From the human T2T-CHM13v2.0 reference genome, Homo sapiens: a stretch of DNA of 64,000 nt. Below the pieces are notes generated by a model. That model saw nothing but the letters and a program-made list of their open reading frames with translations. It searched no databases and had not been told where the DNA came from. Each line of letters begins with the position of its first letter. Position 1 is the first letter of the stretch. Both the position numbers and the translations under genes were made by a program. This document shows positions 47,461 through 64,000 of the stretch, piece by piece. The stretch is from assembly GCF_009914755.1 (NCBI RefSeq), contig NC_060926.1; one strand, written 5' to 3'.

Positions 47461-47782
47461 CAGTCATGTGTCACTTAATGATAGGGACACTCTCTGAGAA
47501 ATGCTTCATTAGGTGAACATTATAGAGTGTACTTACACAAAATCTACATGGTAAAACCTATTATGTACTAGACCTAATGGTCTAGCCTATAGATCCTAGG
47601 CTACAAACCTGTACAGCATGTTACTGTACTGAATATGTAACATTAACACCATGGTATTTGTGTATCTAAATGTATCTAAACATAGAAAAGACAGGGTAAA
47701 AATAAGGTATTATACTCTTATGGGACCACTGTCATAACTGTGGTCAGTTGTTGACTGAAACAGTTATATGACACATGGTTAT
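47461..47782. mobile_element. Tigger3-like (TcMar) DNA transposon
   Basis: TA|CAGTCATGTGTCACTTAATG...TATATGACACATGGTTA terminal inverted repeats; CCTAGGCTACAAACCTGTACAGCATGTTACTGTACTGAATA. Confidence 0.8.
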
Positions 47783-48499
47783 ATTTGTCTTATGGTCCAG
47801 AATATTATGTATCTTGGTGAATCTTCCAGTTCACTTGAAAAGTATGTGTATCCTGCTGTTGTTGAGTGGAGTACTCTATAAATATCAGTTAGGTCAAATT
47901 GGTTGATACTGTTCTTCAAGTCTTCTATACTCTTACTAATTTTCTGTATATTCTGTCTATTTCACCCTCACCTCAGTTGCTGCTTTATGTATTTTGCACC
48001 TGTTATTAGGTACATATAAATTTTAAACTGTTATATCTTCTTGATTAATTTTACATTCTTCATTCCCAATAATATTCCTTGTTCAAAAATTGTGTTTAAA
48101 AAAGTACAGTCACTCCAATTTTCTTTGAATTATTGTCTACATATACATATTATTTGCTAGATATAGAATTCTAGGTTAATGTTTCTTTTCCTTCAGTTCT
48201 TTGAAGATGTCGCTCCACTGTCTTGCATAATTTCTGATGAGAATTTTGCTTTTTCTTTCACTTCTCTCTGTGCCCTTTATATTTAATGTGGGTTTCCTGT
48301 ACACAGCATATCACTGGATCTTGCTTTTTTGTCCAACCTGACAATCTCTGCCTTTTAATGGTGTGTTTGAGTCATTTTCATTTAATGTAACTATCAACCT
48401 GTTTTCTATGCATTCCATTTGTCCTTTATTCCTTTTTTTATGTTTTATACTCTGAATTAACTGCATATTTCTTATGACTCCATTTATCTCCACTGTTAG

Positions 48500-48858
<359 letters not shown>

Positions 48859-49771
48859 TACAATATACACCTTTAACTTACAGTCTACCTCCAAATAGTA
48901 TACCACTTTATGTAATGCCCAAGAATCCTATACATGAATATACTTCCACTTCCCCCATCCTCTACTCTACATTACTGTTGTCATACATTTTTCTTGTATA
49001 AACTACATAATATATTACCATTTTTGCCTTAAAGAGTCAACTATCTTTTAAAGATACTAAGTCAGGAAAAATATCTTTTAAAGTTACCCATGCTTACTAT
49101 TACTTCTAGTGTTCTTTATTCCTTTGTGTAGTTCTAAATTTCCACCTGGTATCATTTTCTTTCTTAAAAAGTTACTGTAATATTCTTGTAGTACCAGTCT
49201 CCTAGGGATGAATTCACTCAGCTTTTGTTTGTTTAAAAAAATAAATATTTTCTCTTCATCTCTGAAAGATATATTTGCTAAATATAGGATTCAAGGTTAA
49301 TAGATTTCTTTTCCTTCAGTCCTTTGAAGATGTCACTCCATTGTCTTGCATAGTTTTTGATGAGAATTTTGCTGCCATTCTTTATTCATTTTTATGTAAT
49401 GTGCATCCCCCCAACTGCTTTTAAAAAAAACTTTGTAAGATGTGTGAGTACCAGTGAAAAAGGAAAATAATTTGTTTCCTCAAAGTTGACATATCTGTCC
49501 TAACTAAAATAATCCTCGAAGATATTAACAGAGAAGATAGTAGTATAAAAATAATTTATATTCTTTTAAACAAATGTGCATTGTATTCTTGAGTGTGAGT
49601 ATGCACATTTAAGATTCTATAAAACCACAAAACTATAAACACATTATGAAGCTGAAATGTGAAAATAAAACTTAAGAGAAACCAAACGTATGTATAATTT
49701 CTAGATCTGAGAGACATCCTCTGTACATTACGTGTGGGATGAACAACCTCAATTCTTAGGCTGAGGCAAAG

Positions 49772-50003
49772 TATGGATTCTCCTTGACTTATGATGGGGT
49801 TACATGTCAATAAACCCACCATAAGTTGAAAATATCATAAGTTGAGAGTGGGGTTTCTACTTTTGATATTTTCAATTTATGATGAATTTATCCAGATGTA
49901 ATCCAATCCTAAATCCAGGACTGTACTGAATGAATATTGCTTTCAGACCATCATAAGGTCAAAAATCATAAGCTGAGCCATTGTAAGCCAGGGGCCTTCG
50001 GTA
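49772..50003. mobile_element. MER47-like (TcMar-Tigger) element with internal inverted repeat
   Basis: GACTTATGATGGGGTTACATGTCAATAAACCCACCATAAGTTGAAAATATC followed by its degenerate reverse complement. Confidence 0.75.
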
Positions 50004-51469
50004 TCACTTTACAGTGAAAACTGTTCTTTCCCCAAATTTTCTCACTCTCTCTGGCTGCTTTTACAATTTTCTCCTTAACACTGGTTTTCAGCAATTTATG
50101 ATATGCCTTGATGTTGCTTTCACCATATTTTTTTCTGTTTAGTGTTTAGTGTTCACTGCATTTTTGGATCTGTGACTTTTCATCAAATTTATACAATTTT
50201 TGGTCACTATAGCTTTAAATAATTGCTCTGTCTCCTGGTTTCCCATCACTGTTCCTTCTGTGACCCAAATTACACTTATGTTAAGACTGCTTGCTATTGT
50301 CCCACTGGTCACTGATGTTGTGTTCATTTTTTTTTTTTTTTTAATTCTCTGTTCTTCATCTTGGATATTTTGTATTGTATTTTCTGGTTTACCAATCTTT
50401 TCTTCTGTGGTATCTAATATGCTGTTAATATAATCCAGTGTATTTTTCATTTCAGATATACTTTTCACCTCTAGAGATTCAATTTGGATTTTTAAAGACA
50501 GCTTCCATTTCTTTCCTCACTACAACCTTTAGTCTACTGTTAATTTTGGTCACAGTACTAAGATGATACCCTCTTGAAGAGTCTTAACCAATGCTCCATG
50601 TGTTGTGACTTCTTTCTGTTTCTACTAGTGGGCAGAATGAGTCTTCAGTGAGTTTCAGCCATTGTTTAGCCTATTGCTTTCTGGTGGTTTCCCAATAGTT
50701 TCTTCCCACATATATGCAGATAAGTCATCAGTAAAAGACTCAAGAAGGCTCCTCGGCAGATCTCCAGAATGCCTTTTGTGTGCAGCTCTGTCTCCTCAGG
50801 CAGTCTCTGCCCCATACATTTGAGCTGCTTTGCACCTCCCCCACGACCCCACCCTAATCTCTTTGTCCTTCACTGGGGTAGACCACAAGACTCTGCTTGG
50901 ACTCCCCCTCCATGTGCTGTGGCCTGGAAACTGCCTCCAAGCAGTAAGAGTGATCTTAAGAATCATTTTGTTTGTGTTCCTTCTTTCAGTTGTCACAGTT
51001 CTATACTACCTATTGATCAATGTCTGGCTGTGGTTTTTATATACTTTTTCTGGTTTGCTAGTTGTTTAAGATGGGAAGGTAAATGTAGTTCTTCCATCAT
51101 GACCAAAAGTAGAAATTTAGTTTATATTATTGGTTCTACTGATTCGTTCATGTGAACGCCAACCAGTGACTTTAATAGGCTTCAGTTTCTACACATGTAA
51201 AATAAGATTAACTTAATCAGTAATTTTCAACCCCCTTTATACAGACTGAACTGCTTCAGGATTCTTTTGTCATCCATGTTTCATGAGCACATCTCACCCA
51301 GCAAAGTGTTACATTAACACTGTCATATTCAGTAGGCTGTTCACTAAGATCTTGCAATAGGTGATTTCATTTGACATTTAATCTTGTAGAGGGCACTGCT
51401 TATTTTTCAGTACACAGAACAAGTTCTTATTTTTCATAAAAGCTCCCAATCCATGTGAATCGTATAGAG

Positions 51470-51870
51470 CTGACCTCTTCCCCAGCTCCAGGGGAAGACC
51501 TGGATCTAAGCCAGTACATTCCCTTCTCCTGACTGGAGCTACTGGTGCAGAGATGAGCATATGATATAATTGGTCAATGACTGCCATGCCCAGAACCTTT
51601 TTTCAAACAGTCTGTCTTTGAGGCTGACTAGAATCTGGGAGGATACAGAGCTGAAGACTTTGACAGTCATCTTGTCACCAGAGGGAGCCTAAAAATGAAG
51701 AAAGAGTTGGGAAACAGGGTTCTGGTGGCATTTTAAGCCCCTAAGTCAAAGGATACCTTCAATTAATGCTGGACTTTTTCTACTATGTGACACAACAAAT
51801 TCCCTTTTTTCTTAGTCCAGTGTGGGCTGGGTTTTCTGACACTTGCAGTAAAAGTCTCTCAACTGTTCCA
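51470..51870 (+). mobile_element. Old MLT1-type MaLR LTR fragment
   Basis: AACAAATTCCCTTTTTTCTTAGTCCAGTGTGGGCTGGGTTTTCTGACACTTGCA 3'-end motif. Confidence 0.6.
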
Positions 51871-52801
51871 TCAAATAGTAAATATATTCATGGTAACAGA
51901 TTAAGAAAAACACACTGAAGTAATACAATTGCGGAGTAATGAGCTGTAACAGCAACCATCAAAGCAAATTAGCACACCCCCTAGAGATGGACTTCTCTTT
52001 AAGAACAAGGGCATGTGTACCAGGCAGAGCACAAGCAGAGATCAGGGTTGTGTCACATGCAAGAGGTGAAGCTCCAAACAAAGGTAGTTCTAAAAAGAGA
52101 AACAGAGAATATGATATTTTAGGCCTGATTTGGGCAAATCCATTCACATGGATAGCCAAAACGTCACCTCTAATACAAAAGACTGGAGGATATCACCTAA
52201 TGTGACAACAAGCCTCTGACTACCATGACCTAAAAATAGATGTGTTCTTTTAATTTTTAAGTCTGGATAATACCTTACAAAACACGCCAGTTCTATTTTT
52301 GCTCCCCAAAGAACATAAAAATATAGAAAATAAGCAGCTGATGATATGGTGGTTCTTCAACTGTTGGGCTACTGGCCTTTTCCTTTATAGTTTTCCTATT
52401 TTGTAACCAGAAGAATCTCAAGATAATTTAAGAAGAGGGATTAGAAAACTGGAAAAAAAAATCTATTAGTATGTTGCTTGTCAAAAAAATAATTTACAGT
52501 GGTTTTCAGCTACCAGAAGTTTTTGTGTAGTAAAAATATTTAAAAAGAAAAACCATTGCTTGTCACGTTTTCATTTATTTTTTAACCTATATTCCACTTC
52601 CTTTGGTGTATATACACATCTCTTTTTCTACTTTCTATCCTTTGGGCTATTTGATGGAGGCAACAATATTTTTGTGTCATGCACTATTACATAACAAATG
52701 ATGAACACCAACTAATGATACTAAGTTTACTGAGATATGGAGTACTTGACAACATAGACAATAATTGAAGCAAGATGATAAGACATGTATGTATTCTTTA
52801 G

Positions 52802-53185
<384 letters not shown>

Positions 53186-53334
53186 TGACACAGTGGGTCA
53201 CAAAAAAGATGAAGTATGATAGCACATTTTGTCAGTTAAACAAGGCTTGAAACACAGAGACATGAAATATTACATATGGTATTTCTCCTATTAACTTACA
53301 AAATAAGCAAAAGAGAATTAAGACCCAATCCTCA

Positions 53335-54720
<1,386 letters not shown>

Positions 54721-54914
54721 TCTCTCCAAAGTTTAAACTACCCTCTGTCGAATTTTACTCTGCATACTCACTTCTGACTGTCATTCTGTTTCAGGCAGAG
54801 ATGTCATTTGTATTTGTATATGAAATATTGAACCATGAGGAATATGGCATTATTATACATATGTGGCACATAAAATTAAAGGTATTTTGCCAGTGTTTAT
54901 GCATAAAACCATTC

Positions 54915-55258
<344 letters not shown>

Positions 55259-56471
55259 TGACATTTGCTTTCTTTTCAGTCAGTTTGCATATATCCAGCA
55301 GTCAAGGACCGTACATTACATATTACTGTGTCTCCTCCCATGTCTAACAGAGTGGTCTGCACACAACAGCTGCTTGATAAATACTTGAGGGATGAGCAAG
55401 GAGGAAACGGAGCTAGGAAAGCCTGGAGAGTTTTATTTTAGGTTAGAGAATACTGTGGGCAAGATGTTTCGACACTGTTAAGGGATTTTTCTTTGAAAAG
55501 ATTGAGTTAGTATGTTCAACAGCAATTTTTCATACATATATTGAAAGAGCCAATCTTTTCAGGGGCCCACATGGACATGGAACAAGAGGCTAGAAAGGAA
55601 TGAGGAAGACAAAACATGTCTTCCTCATTTAAAACATTTAAAAAAGATATAGTAGAAAGCTTGAATGGAAGAGACAAAAAACATACTGATAAGTAATTTG
55701 TGTCAGCGAGGCAGTATAATACAGAGATGCCAAATTTGGAACTTGGGGAATAAAGACAGATTATAAAACATCTCCAGAATAAAGGGCCATGGTCTGTGAG
55801 AATAATATGGGTTTCTCTGAAGTATAGCAATTTAAATTCTCTAGTCCCATAAGATAGCTACAAAGAAGTATATGCAACTATGTGCAAACCAACAAGAACT
55901 TTGTGAAATGTTTCTTTTCGGATTATTAGTGGCAGGTAGTAACCTTTCTGATAACCTTAAGGATCTGAATGACTTGTACTCGGGGTGTCATACCAGTTCC
56001 CCAGCCAGCATGACAAACCATAAGGCCAGGCAGGGTGAGGTTGAGAGGGCCACCGTGCTGAGGGGCAGTGCACAGGTTCTGTGGTCCTCCTCACCAGCAG
56101 CATTGGCAGAAGTGGAAAGCAGAGCAGTGGCTGTCATTTTTGGCTTCTGCAGCATCAGATATGTACTATAATAGGCAGCAACAGAAATACAATGTTTACA
56201 GGGACTTTAAAGATGATTCTGACCAATTTCCTAGTTTCTCTTCATCAGTCCTCTACATGTCCGATTGCCTTAGGCAGACAGAACCTATGCTACATACTGA
56301 TCTGCGCTATTTTTGTCTTCTCTTGCAAGTGGCCCACATTGAGAACTGGGGAAAGAGTGTGTGTGTGTGCATGTGTACAACAGAAATACATATAATTCCA
56401 CTTAATTTCTTTCTTGGAGAAATTCCAAGTAAGAAATTATTTAAAATTATTTAAATTTCCAAGTAAAATTA

Positions 56472-56503
56472 TTTAAAGGAATAATTCACATTATTCCTTT
56501 AAA
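56472..56503. repeat. Perfect 14-bp inverted repeat with 4-nt loop
   Basis: TTTAAAGGAATAAT-TCAC-ATTATTCCTTTAAA. Confidence 0.92.
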
Positions 56504-57977
56504 ATGTTTATGTTGGACACTCCTTGTTCATATCCACAGAAGAGGCAATGATGAGAGACATTATTGCAGAAGCATAATGAAGCATTCTAGATTGTCATTT
56601 CCCTTTTGTAATATTGCATTTACCTTCATTTACAATACCATTAATTCAAAACACTATTCAAATTCCTGAGCATTTAAAATATGTACACAGATTCTCTAGT
56701 CAATATCAGATAACATGATGGTATCTTGGGTTTTATTTCATTTTGAAAACTCACATAAATCTAATTAAAAGAAAACATTGTAACAATACAGATCTTAAGA
56801 CCAATAGAAGACTCTATTTTTGTGTTAATTTCCTGCTGTCATGAGAAGAGGTTTTCAAGTAACAACAACCAAAGGTCCCCCGCATGTCACACTGTGTACT
56901 CATTTAGTCATTTATCAAATGCTTCTTGAGCATCTGCTAGTTACAGGCATTTTACTAGACATCGGGAAAGGGCAAGGAAGAATGGAGGGAGGCAAGGTGG
57001 TGGTGTGAGGGTTGGTGGGGATAATATGAAAGAGGTGATAGACACTGTTTCTGAATACGACATTTCACTGCTGTTAATATAAAGTTTTAAATATTCTTTC
57101 ATATATAGTTAATTTTAGTTCCTTTTCAAATCAACGTATTGAAAATTTGTCTCCATAGGAACTTCAATAAAATTTTAATGAAAAATGGAATACTTGTAAT
57201 AAATCTAATGGTTCACAATACACTATAATTAAGTCCGAGAATTTTAGAGCTGTAAGAGAACCCTTAGACCATGTGGTTTAAAACTTCACAGTTTATATTA
57301 AAATTATTATTTGTTCATTCATTTTGTATTAATTTTATTATAAATGTGAACCAAATGAAGACCAAAGGGGGCTTGGATTTGCCCACGTCCTCGGGAGGAA
57401 AGGAAAGACTACCCTCAGCAAGAGTGTCGGCCACTGCCGCCCTTCAGTTCACCAGACAGCACAGTGTCCAGTCTGTTGGCTAGGATTGCTGGGTTCAGTA
57501 TGATCTCTTTTTCCTAGTAGGTCTTGAATCAGTAATTTTATTAACTATTATAAGGTTCATGTTACAGTGTTATTTTAATTGCAATATCAATTCACATTTC
57601 AGGATTCACTGTTTGCCTGTTATCTTGGCAACACTAAATCTATTAATACAATATCTTATATCTTTCATTTACATGCAGACTGCAAGTACCTGAAATGAAA
57701 ATCAACAACTAATTCAAGACTACCTTAAAAAATTAAACTCATATTTTTAGTATCTACTCCCTATAATTCTTAATGTTGTTTTCTTTTAATTACTTAATTT
57801 GCCTAAGTAGCCTAGCTTCTGTCGTTATTATAATATTGTATCTGCTCTTGATTTTATTTTATAGAGCTATCTGAATTAAGCAACAAACCAGATGAAACAT
57901 TTAACAGTTTAATTTGAAAAGAGTAAAATAAATATAGAGGATTTCACTGCATTCTGTAGTGCATGAAAAATGTAGCT

Positions 57978-58289
<312 letters not shown>

Positions 58290-61200
58290 AAATGTAGCTA
58301 TTCTTATGCAACATCTAACTCTGCCTGACAACTAGGCACAGTCCCCACGATCATGCTAAGGTTTTCAATCACATCATAATCTCTGCAACTGGACAGGAAT
58401 AAGAGGATTCAGATGAACCCTTAAGTATAAATAAATGTCAGTATAGATTCAGAAAAAAAAAAAAACCCACTTAGGGGTATTTGTAGTAACAAAAATAGTG
58501 GCTACCATGTATCTACATGTACTGGGAACTCAATTTTTCCGATGTAGAGAGAGATTAAGCAATTGACCCAAGGTGGTGCATATAATAAGCAAGCTCCTGA
58601 GGGCAAAGGCTGGATCTTATTTATCATTTTACCCAGAAAGCCTCAGAATGCATGGCACAATCATTGCTGGAAGGGTGCCTGAGTTTTATTTTTAATGTTA
58701 GAGTTTGTTTTGTTCTCTCTCTTTCTCTGTGTGTGTGTGTGTGTGTTGTATGTTGTATTAGGATGAGGTAGCTCTTAAAATAAGAGGTTGATCCAGGGGA
58801 CAATTACAATTATTTTCTAATTGATTTAGATAACTTATAGTGTAATAGTTTTTAGAGGATTTGGTGCATTTATCTGTAAAATAACCTCCCTAAGGGATAT
58901 AACTATCCTTCTTGTGATAGATGCTTTCTCAAATCCTTATAAGTAACAATAGAAAAAAAAAAAAAGAGACCATGTTACATAACATAGCAAAAGGGAAGCC
59001 TTCCTGTTTTATTCTACTAAAAAAACCCCAAACCCCAAAAACAAACGCCTGTCTGTAGGCTGAAGTTAGGTCCAGTTGGTTTATTTGGCTTTCACCTCAG
59101 TGAGTGCTTTCACCAAAGGTAGAAGGCATTCTTGGCTTCACTCCCTGAAATAAGGTTTGACAGCTGTTCGATTCCACAGAGCAGTATTACATAACAAGGC
59201 AGTTCAAGAAGCAAAAAAGAAAACCACCTTGAAATGAGGCTTTGGTGAGTGGGCCCGTGGTTATACAGAATACACTTTTACCACCATAATGACAAGGATA
59301 CATGAATGATTATCGTCATGGAAATGCTACGGTTTTTCCCCACACAAATTTCTGAACTGTACATACATAGATGTGTATATCACAATCAGTGACCTTCTAA
59401 GCGAGCGTCTGTGTGGGAGAGAACTGCACCTGCCACAGAGTCTGGGATGTTCTTGGAAGTCAAGTATGACTTTCCTCCTTTCTTATTTTTTATAGTGCCA
59501 CCCCACAGAAACATTTTTAAATAACAGAGAGTAACTTCAATGGAAAGAGTCAATTCCGAGATTTCTGACCTTATTAGCAACTCTAAATAATATGTAATGC
59601 AACTCATTGTCTAAAATGAACTCTTTCTTGAGCATAAATACTCTAAGAACAAGTCCAAGCTGGTTTTCATTATTTTTCAGCTCCAGAGAAGGAAGAAGCT
59701 TTCCATTTTTTAAGGCTTAAAAAAAACACCCAAGTATCTTTAAAGCAGTTTAGATACCAAGGTAAGAGTTACAGTTGATGGCAGAGTCAGAACTTTCCAG
59801 CTGTGTAGAATTTATTCATTAAAGCCATGTGTTAAAATTGAGAAACAACTGGAAGATACAAACACAAAAAGAGTTTGTTTATGCAAATTCTTGAATAGAC
59901 CTCCTAGTTGCTCTTAATCAATATTGATAAAAAGCATGTATAATGAACTTGACCTAGCACTCAAATGGCATTCTTAGTAGGTTTTTGCTGTTTTTGCTGA
60001 ACAAATCAGAGTACATCTTTGGAGATATATTTAAGATCTCAGCTATTTCTAAACAGTGTACATACAATTTCCTCTTTATTAGTAACCCAAAGACTTCTTT
60101 TTTGACATAACTTCATATTGGCAAAAGGATTTATTTGGGGTCATTTTCCTGATAAAAATCCTGTTAGATCAGGTTGTATATCATGCAAAAAGAAACTGAG
60201 GCCTAGAAGCCTGAATGTATTGCTTAGGTTCCTAAATGAAAGATGTAGTGAATGCTAGATACACATATGATACCTCTTTTCTATCCGGTATTTAATCTAC
60301 TAAGTTGCCTCTATTTCATTTTAAATCAAGATATTGGTTGAAAGGTAAGGTCCTTAATATGTTTAAAGAGGAAGAAGAAAACGTTATTTAGTTTATTTTA
60401 AAATATTAGCAATTTTTACATAGCCCACATATTTAAGAAACATAATTTTATTAGGTAATTTCTCCTTCATCCCAAAATGATCTGAAGATCACAAAAACCT
60501 ATTCCTCACTATGGAAAATGCAGAGCATATGGGTGGGGGGGGGGGTGTTGGTATTTAGTGTTTGAGTAAAATAAATACTGGTGTTAAAAATCAGAATAAA
60601 TTGCAAATGTGGAATGAAATTATCTATTTCAGAGCCTGGTGCATTATAGGTGCTGAATAAATGTTGAATAAATAAATAAATGAAAGATCATGATTTCCAG
60701 CTTTATCACATTTTGAAACCAAATTATTCCCTTTCTAAAATAAAACCTAATGATACTTTGTCTAAACTAAGAACATTCATGTCTCAAGAACCGCATCACA
60801 AAGTTGTCTAACTATTGGGAAGTTACTATAGAAATGCCAGTGCATCTACCTATTAAATGTAACTGGGTCTACTTATGCACCACCTCACGTTGTTTAATCT
60901 CTGAATTAGATTGCAAAGGACAGAAATTCAAGGCCTTATATCATGCTATAAATACAGACTAGATCTACATACAGCTTGAATCAACACACATATCACCTTG
61001 AAAGAAAATTCAAGTACAGTTGATAAACCACATTAACACAATAATTAAAAACTACACATACGCATACATGGTGAAAGCAAATACTCAAAAAGTGAGGAGA
61101 AGCTGCTAGTGTCAGCAGCATCAACAGTCCCATGGTAGCCATCCTCCTTTCATCATGGTCAATTCATTAACAGGGGAGAAAAGACAGAAACTATGAGAAA

Positions 61201-61551
61201 TGCAAACCATCTGCTCAATCCAGATGCAACAGCACATGCCTCTTATATCCAAAGCTTTTTACCAGAAACACAGATCTAATCCTCTCATAAAATCTCCAAC
61301 AGAGGTATTCAGACACATTTGTATCACAAATAAAAACAATGCCAAAATCATCATTAACTGAGACCTTTTAAATATCAGTCAAGACTTTTACCAGTGAGTA
61401 CACATTGATAAAACAATATTAGAACAGCATTAGAGAAAAACAGGGTTGGATTTCTATTAGCCTTATTCAGCTATTCCTCAAGTAAAATCAGGCTGAAAAC
61501 ATCTCACTCCTTAAATAGCAAGAACATTTTAGTCAAGTCATCCTAGTTTTA

Positions 61552-62450
<899 letters not shown>

Positions 62451-62524
62451 GTACTGTATTCCTAAACTCACTCTGTCTCTGTTTCTCCCTCCTCTCATGT
62501 AAGTAAGTTTCTTGCTGGCTCAAG

Positions 62525-62558
<34 letters not shown>

Positions 62559-64000
62559 GTGGGAAGGTAATGAGAAATGAATGAGTCATGCATTATTGCA
62601 AAATGGAATTTTTTTAACCTATTAAAAGCAGAGGAAAATTAACATACATACAGCACTAGGTTTTAAAAATAATGCAGCACCACTGCCAGGTAAATTATGA
62701 AAGGCTAATCTGTATCCTTTGCTCATTATGGACTGAGGTTAGCTAACCAAAACCCAATTTTATTAAAGACAAGGAAAAACTGGTGAGTATTTTGATGAAA
62801 GATAAAAGAAGTTTAACTAGGTATCATACTATTTTCATGCAGAACAAGGAGCATGCACATCACATTGCTAACAGCTTGCAGTGGTCAGTTTTGTCTTTGT
62901 ATTATGAGTAGTTTTGTTGTGGGCTACACTTACATAGAAGAAACCATTATTTTAATTCTCTAGTCTCAACATTTTTTTTATTCAGAGAGCTTGAGGCCAG
63001 GTCATAGTGGAAGCCAGTTGGGAATAATTCCTTATTTGCACAGATCTCAATTATAGTGTAACTACTTATAGGACCCATATACTTTTTGTTTGCTGGTGTA
63101 GAAACGGGGTGGCTAGGTGAGAGACTTAGCACAACTTGACTTAGGAGCAATACCTACATTTTTTCACTAAGGTGCTACAGGATGCTTACATTTCCCATTT
63201 TGGTTCCCTAAGTACGTCCTATCATCTGTTTCTCATGCTATAATAATTAAGTTAAACCAATTATGCCAATGTTACACTGTATTTAAAGCATCTAAAATTC
63301 TATGTATTTAAATGGATTCAGTATATTTGTAGTGTAAATACTTTAATCTCAGATTTCATAATCTACAGGAGGTATGTGCCCAGTGCATATTCTACTTTAA
63401 TTAGGGCATGAAGTGGTTCTTAAGCTATGCTAGACATTAAAAATAACAAATGACTGATTTTCTAAACATCCCTAAATTATTTTTGTTTACTTCAGTCTTT
63501 AGTCCCTTTTATTTTTCTAAAATTATGTCTAAGTAAATAAAAGGCAAAATTTATTTACATAGGAGTTTCAATTTCATGAGTTTATATACTTAGATAATTA
63601 ATATGAGACATAAAATGCTCCCACTGCAAGAAGAAATGCAATGGAAAAAGTCTCCTTGCCTAGCCTAAATTGCTTTTCAGATTGGACCTATTTTGTCACA
63701 TGATGACTAAAAATATAACGGCCAACCGACTCTTTAGACATGTACAGCCTAAAGTGAAGTTTAACCAATTCTCAGTAGGAACCAGAAAAAAACAGCTCCA
63801 AACACAAGTTGAACAGTAAAATTTTTTCTTCAACAATATTTGATATCAAGTTACTAAGTTAAAACAATCACACATGTAACCAAAGTAGCATCTTTTTCTT
63901 GAGTATTTTTGATCAACATCCTATTTTATAGATCATTCCTGGTTCTACAGCTATAGTTACTAAAATTCAAGCATAAAAATATTCATGATAGTTACCCAGA

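Overview
Human (or great-ape) genomic DNA, rich in Alu, L1, L2, MIR and LTR repeats. It carries the 3' part of CHN1 (alpha-chimaerin, a C1-domain RacGAP) on the minus strand. Seven coding exons were reconstructed by hand: 61884-61633, 39272-39188, 27236-27063, 26342-26265, 23796-23659, 16564-16459 and 15039-14868. They join in frame into a 1005-nt ORF (334 aa), the complete alpha1 isoform. The alpha2 isoform enters through an internal acceptor at 61711/61710, and its upstream SH2 exons lie beyond the window. The last intron is a non-canonical GC-AG intron. Positions 1 to ~13.5 kb are downstream, repeat-dominated sequence. I found no new gene or prokaryote-type system. The most unusual signals are small templated copy-paste insertions in the introns: a perfect 50-bp copy across exon 11, a ~100-bp copy inside an old L1, and an orphan LTR fragment with an 8-bp direct repeat. 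Also notable are the dual-use coding/splice-signal sequence and the uORFs in the alpha1 first exon. Repeat subfamily names are from recognition, not from a RepeatMasker run.
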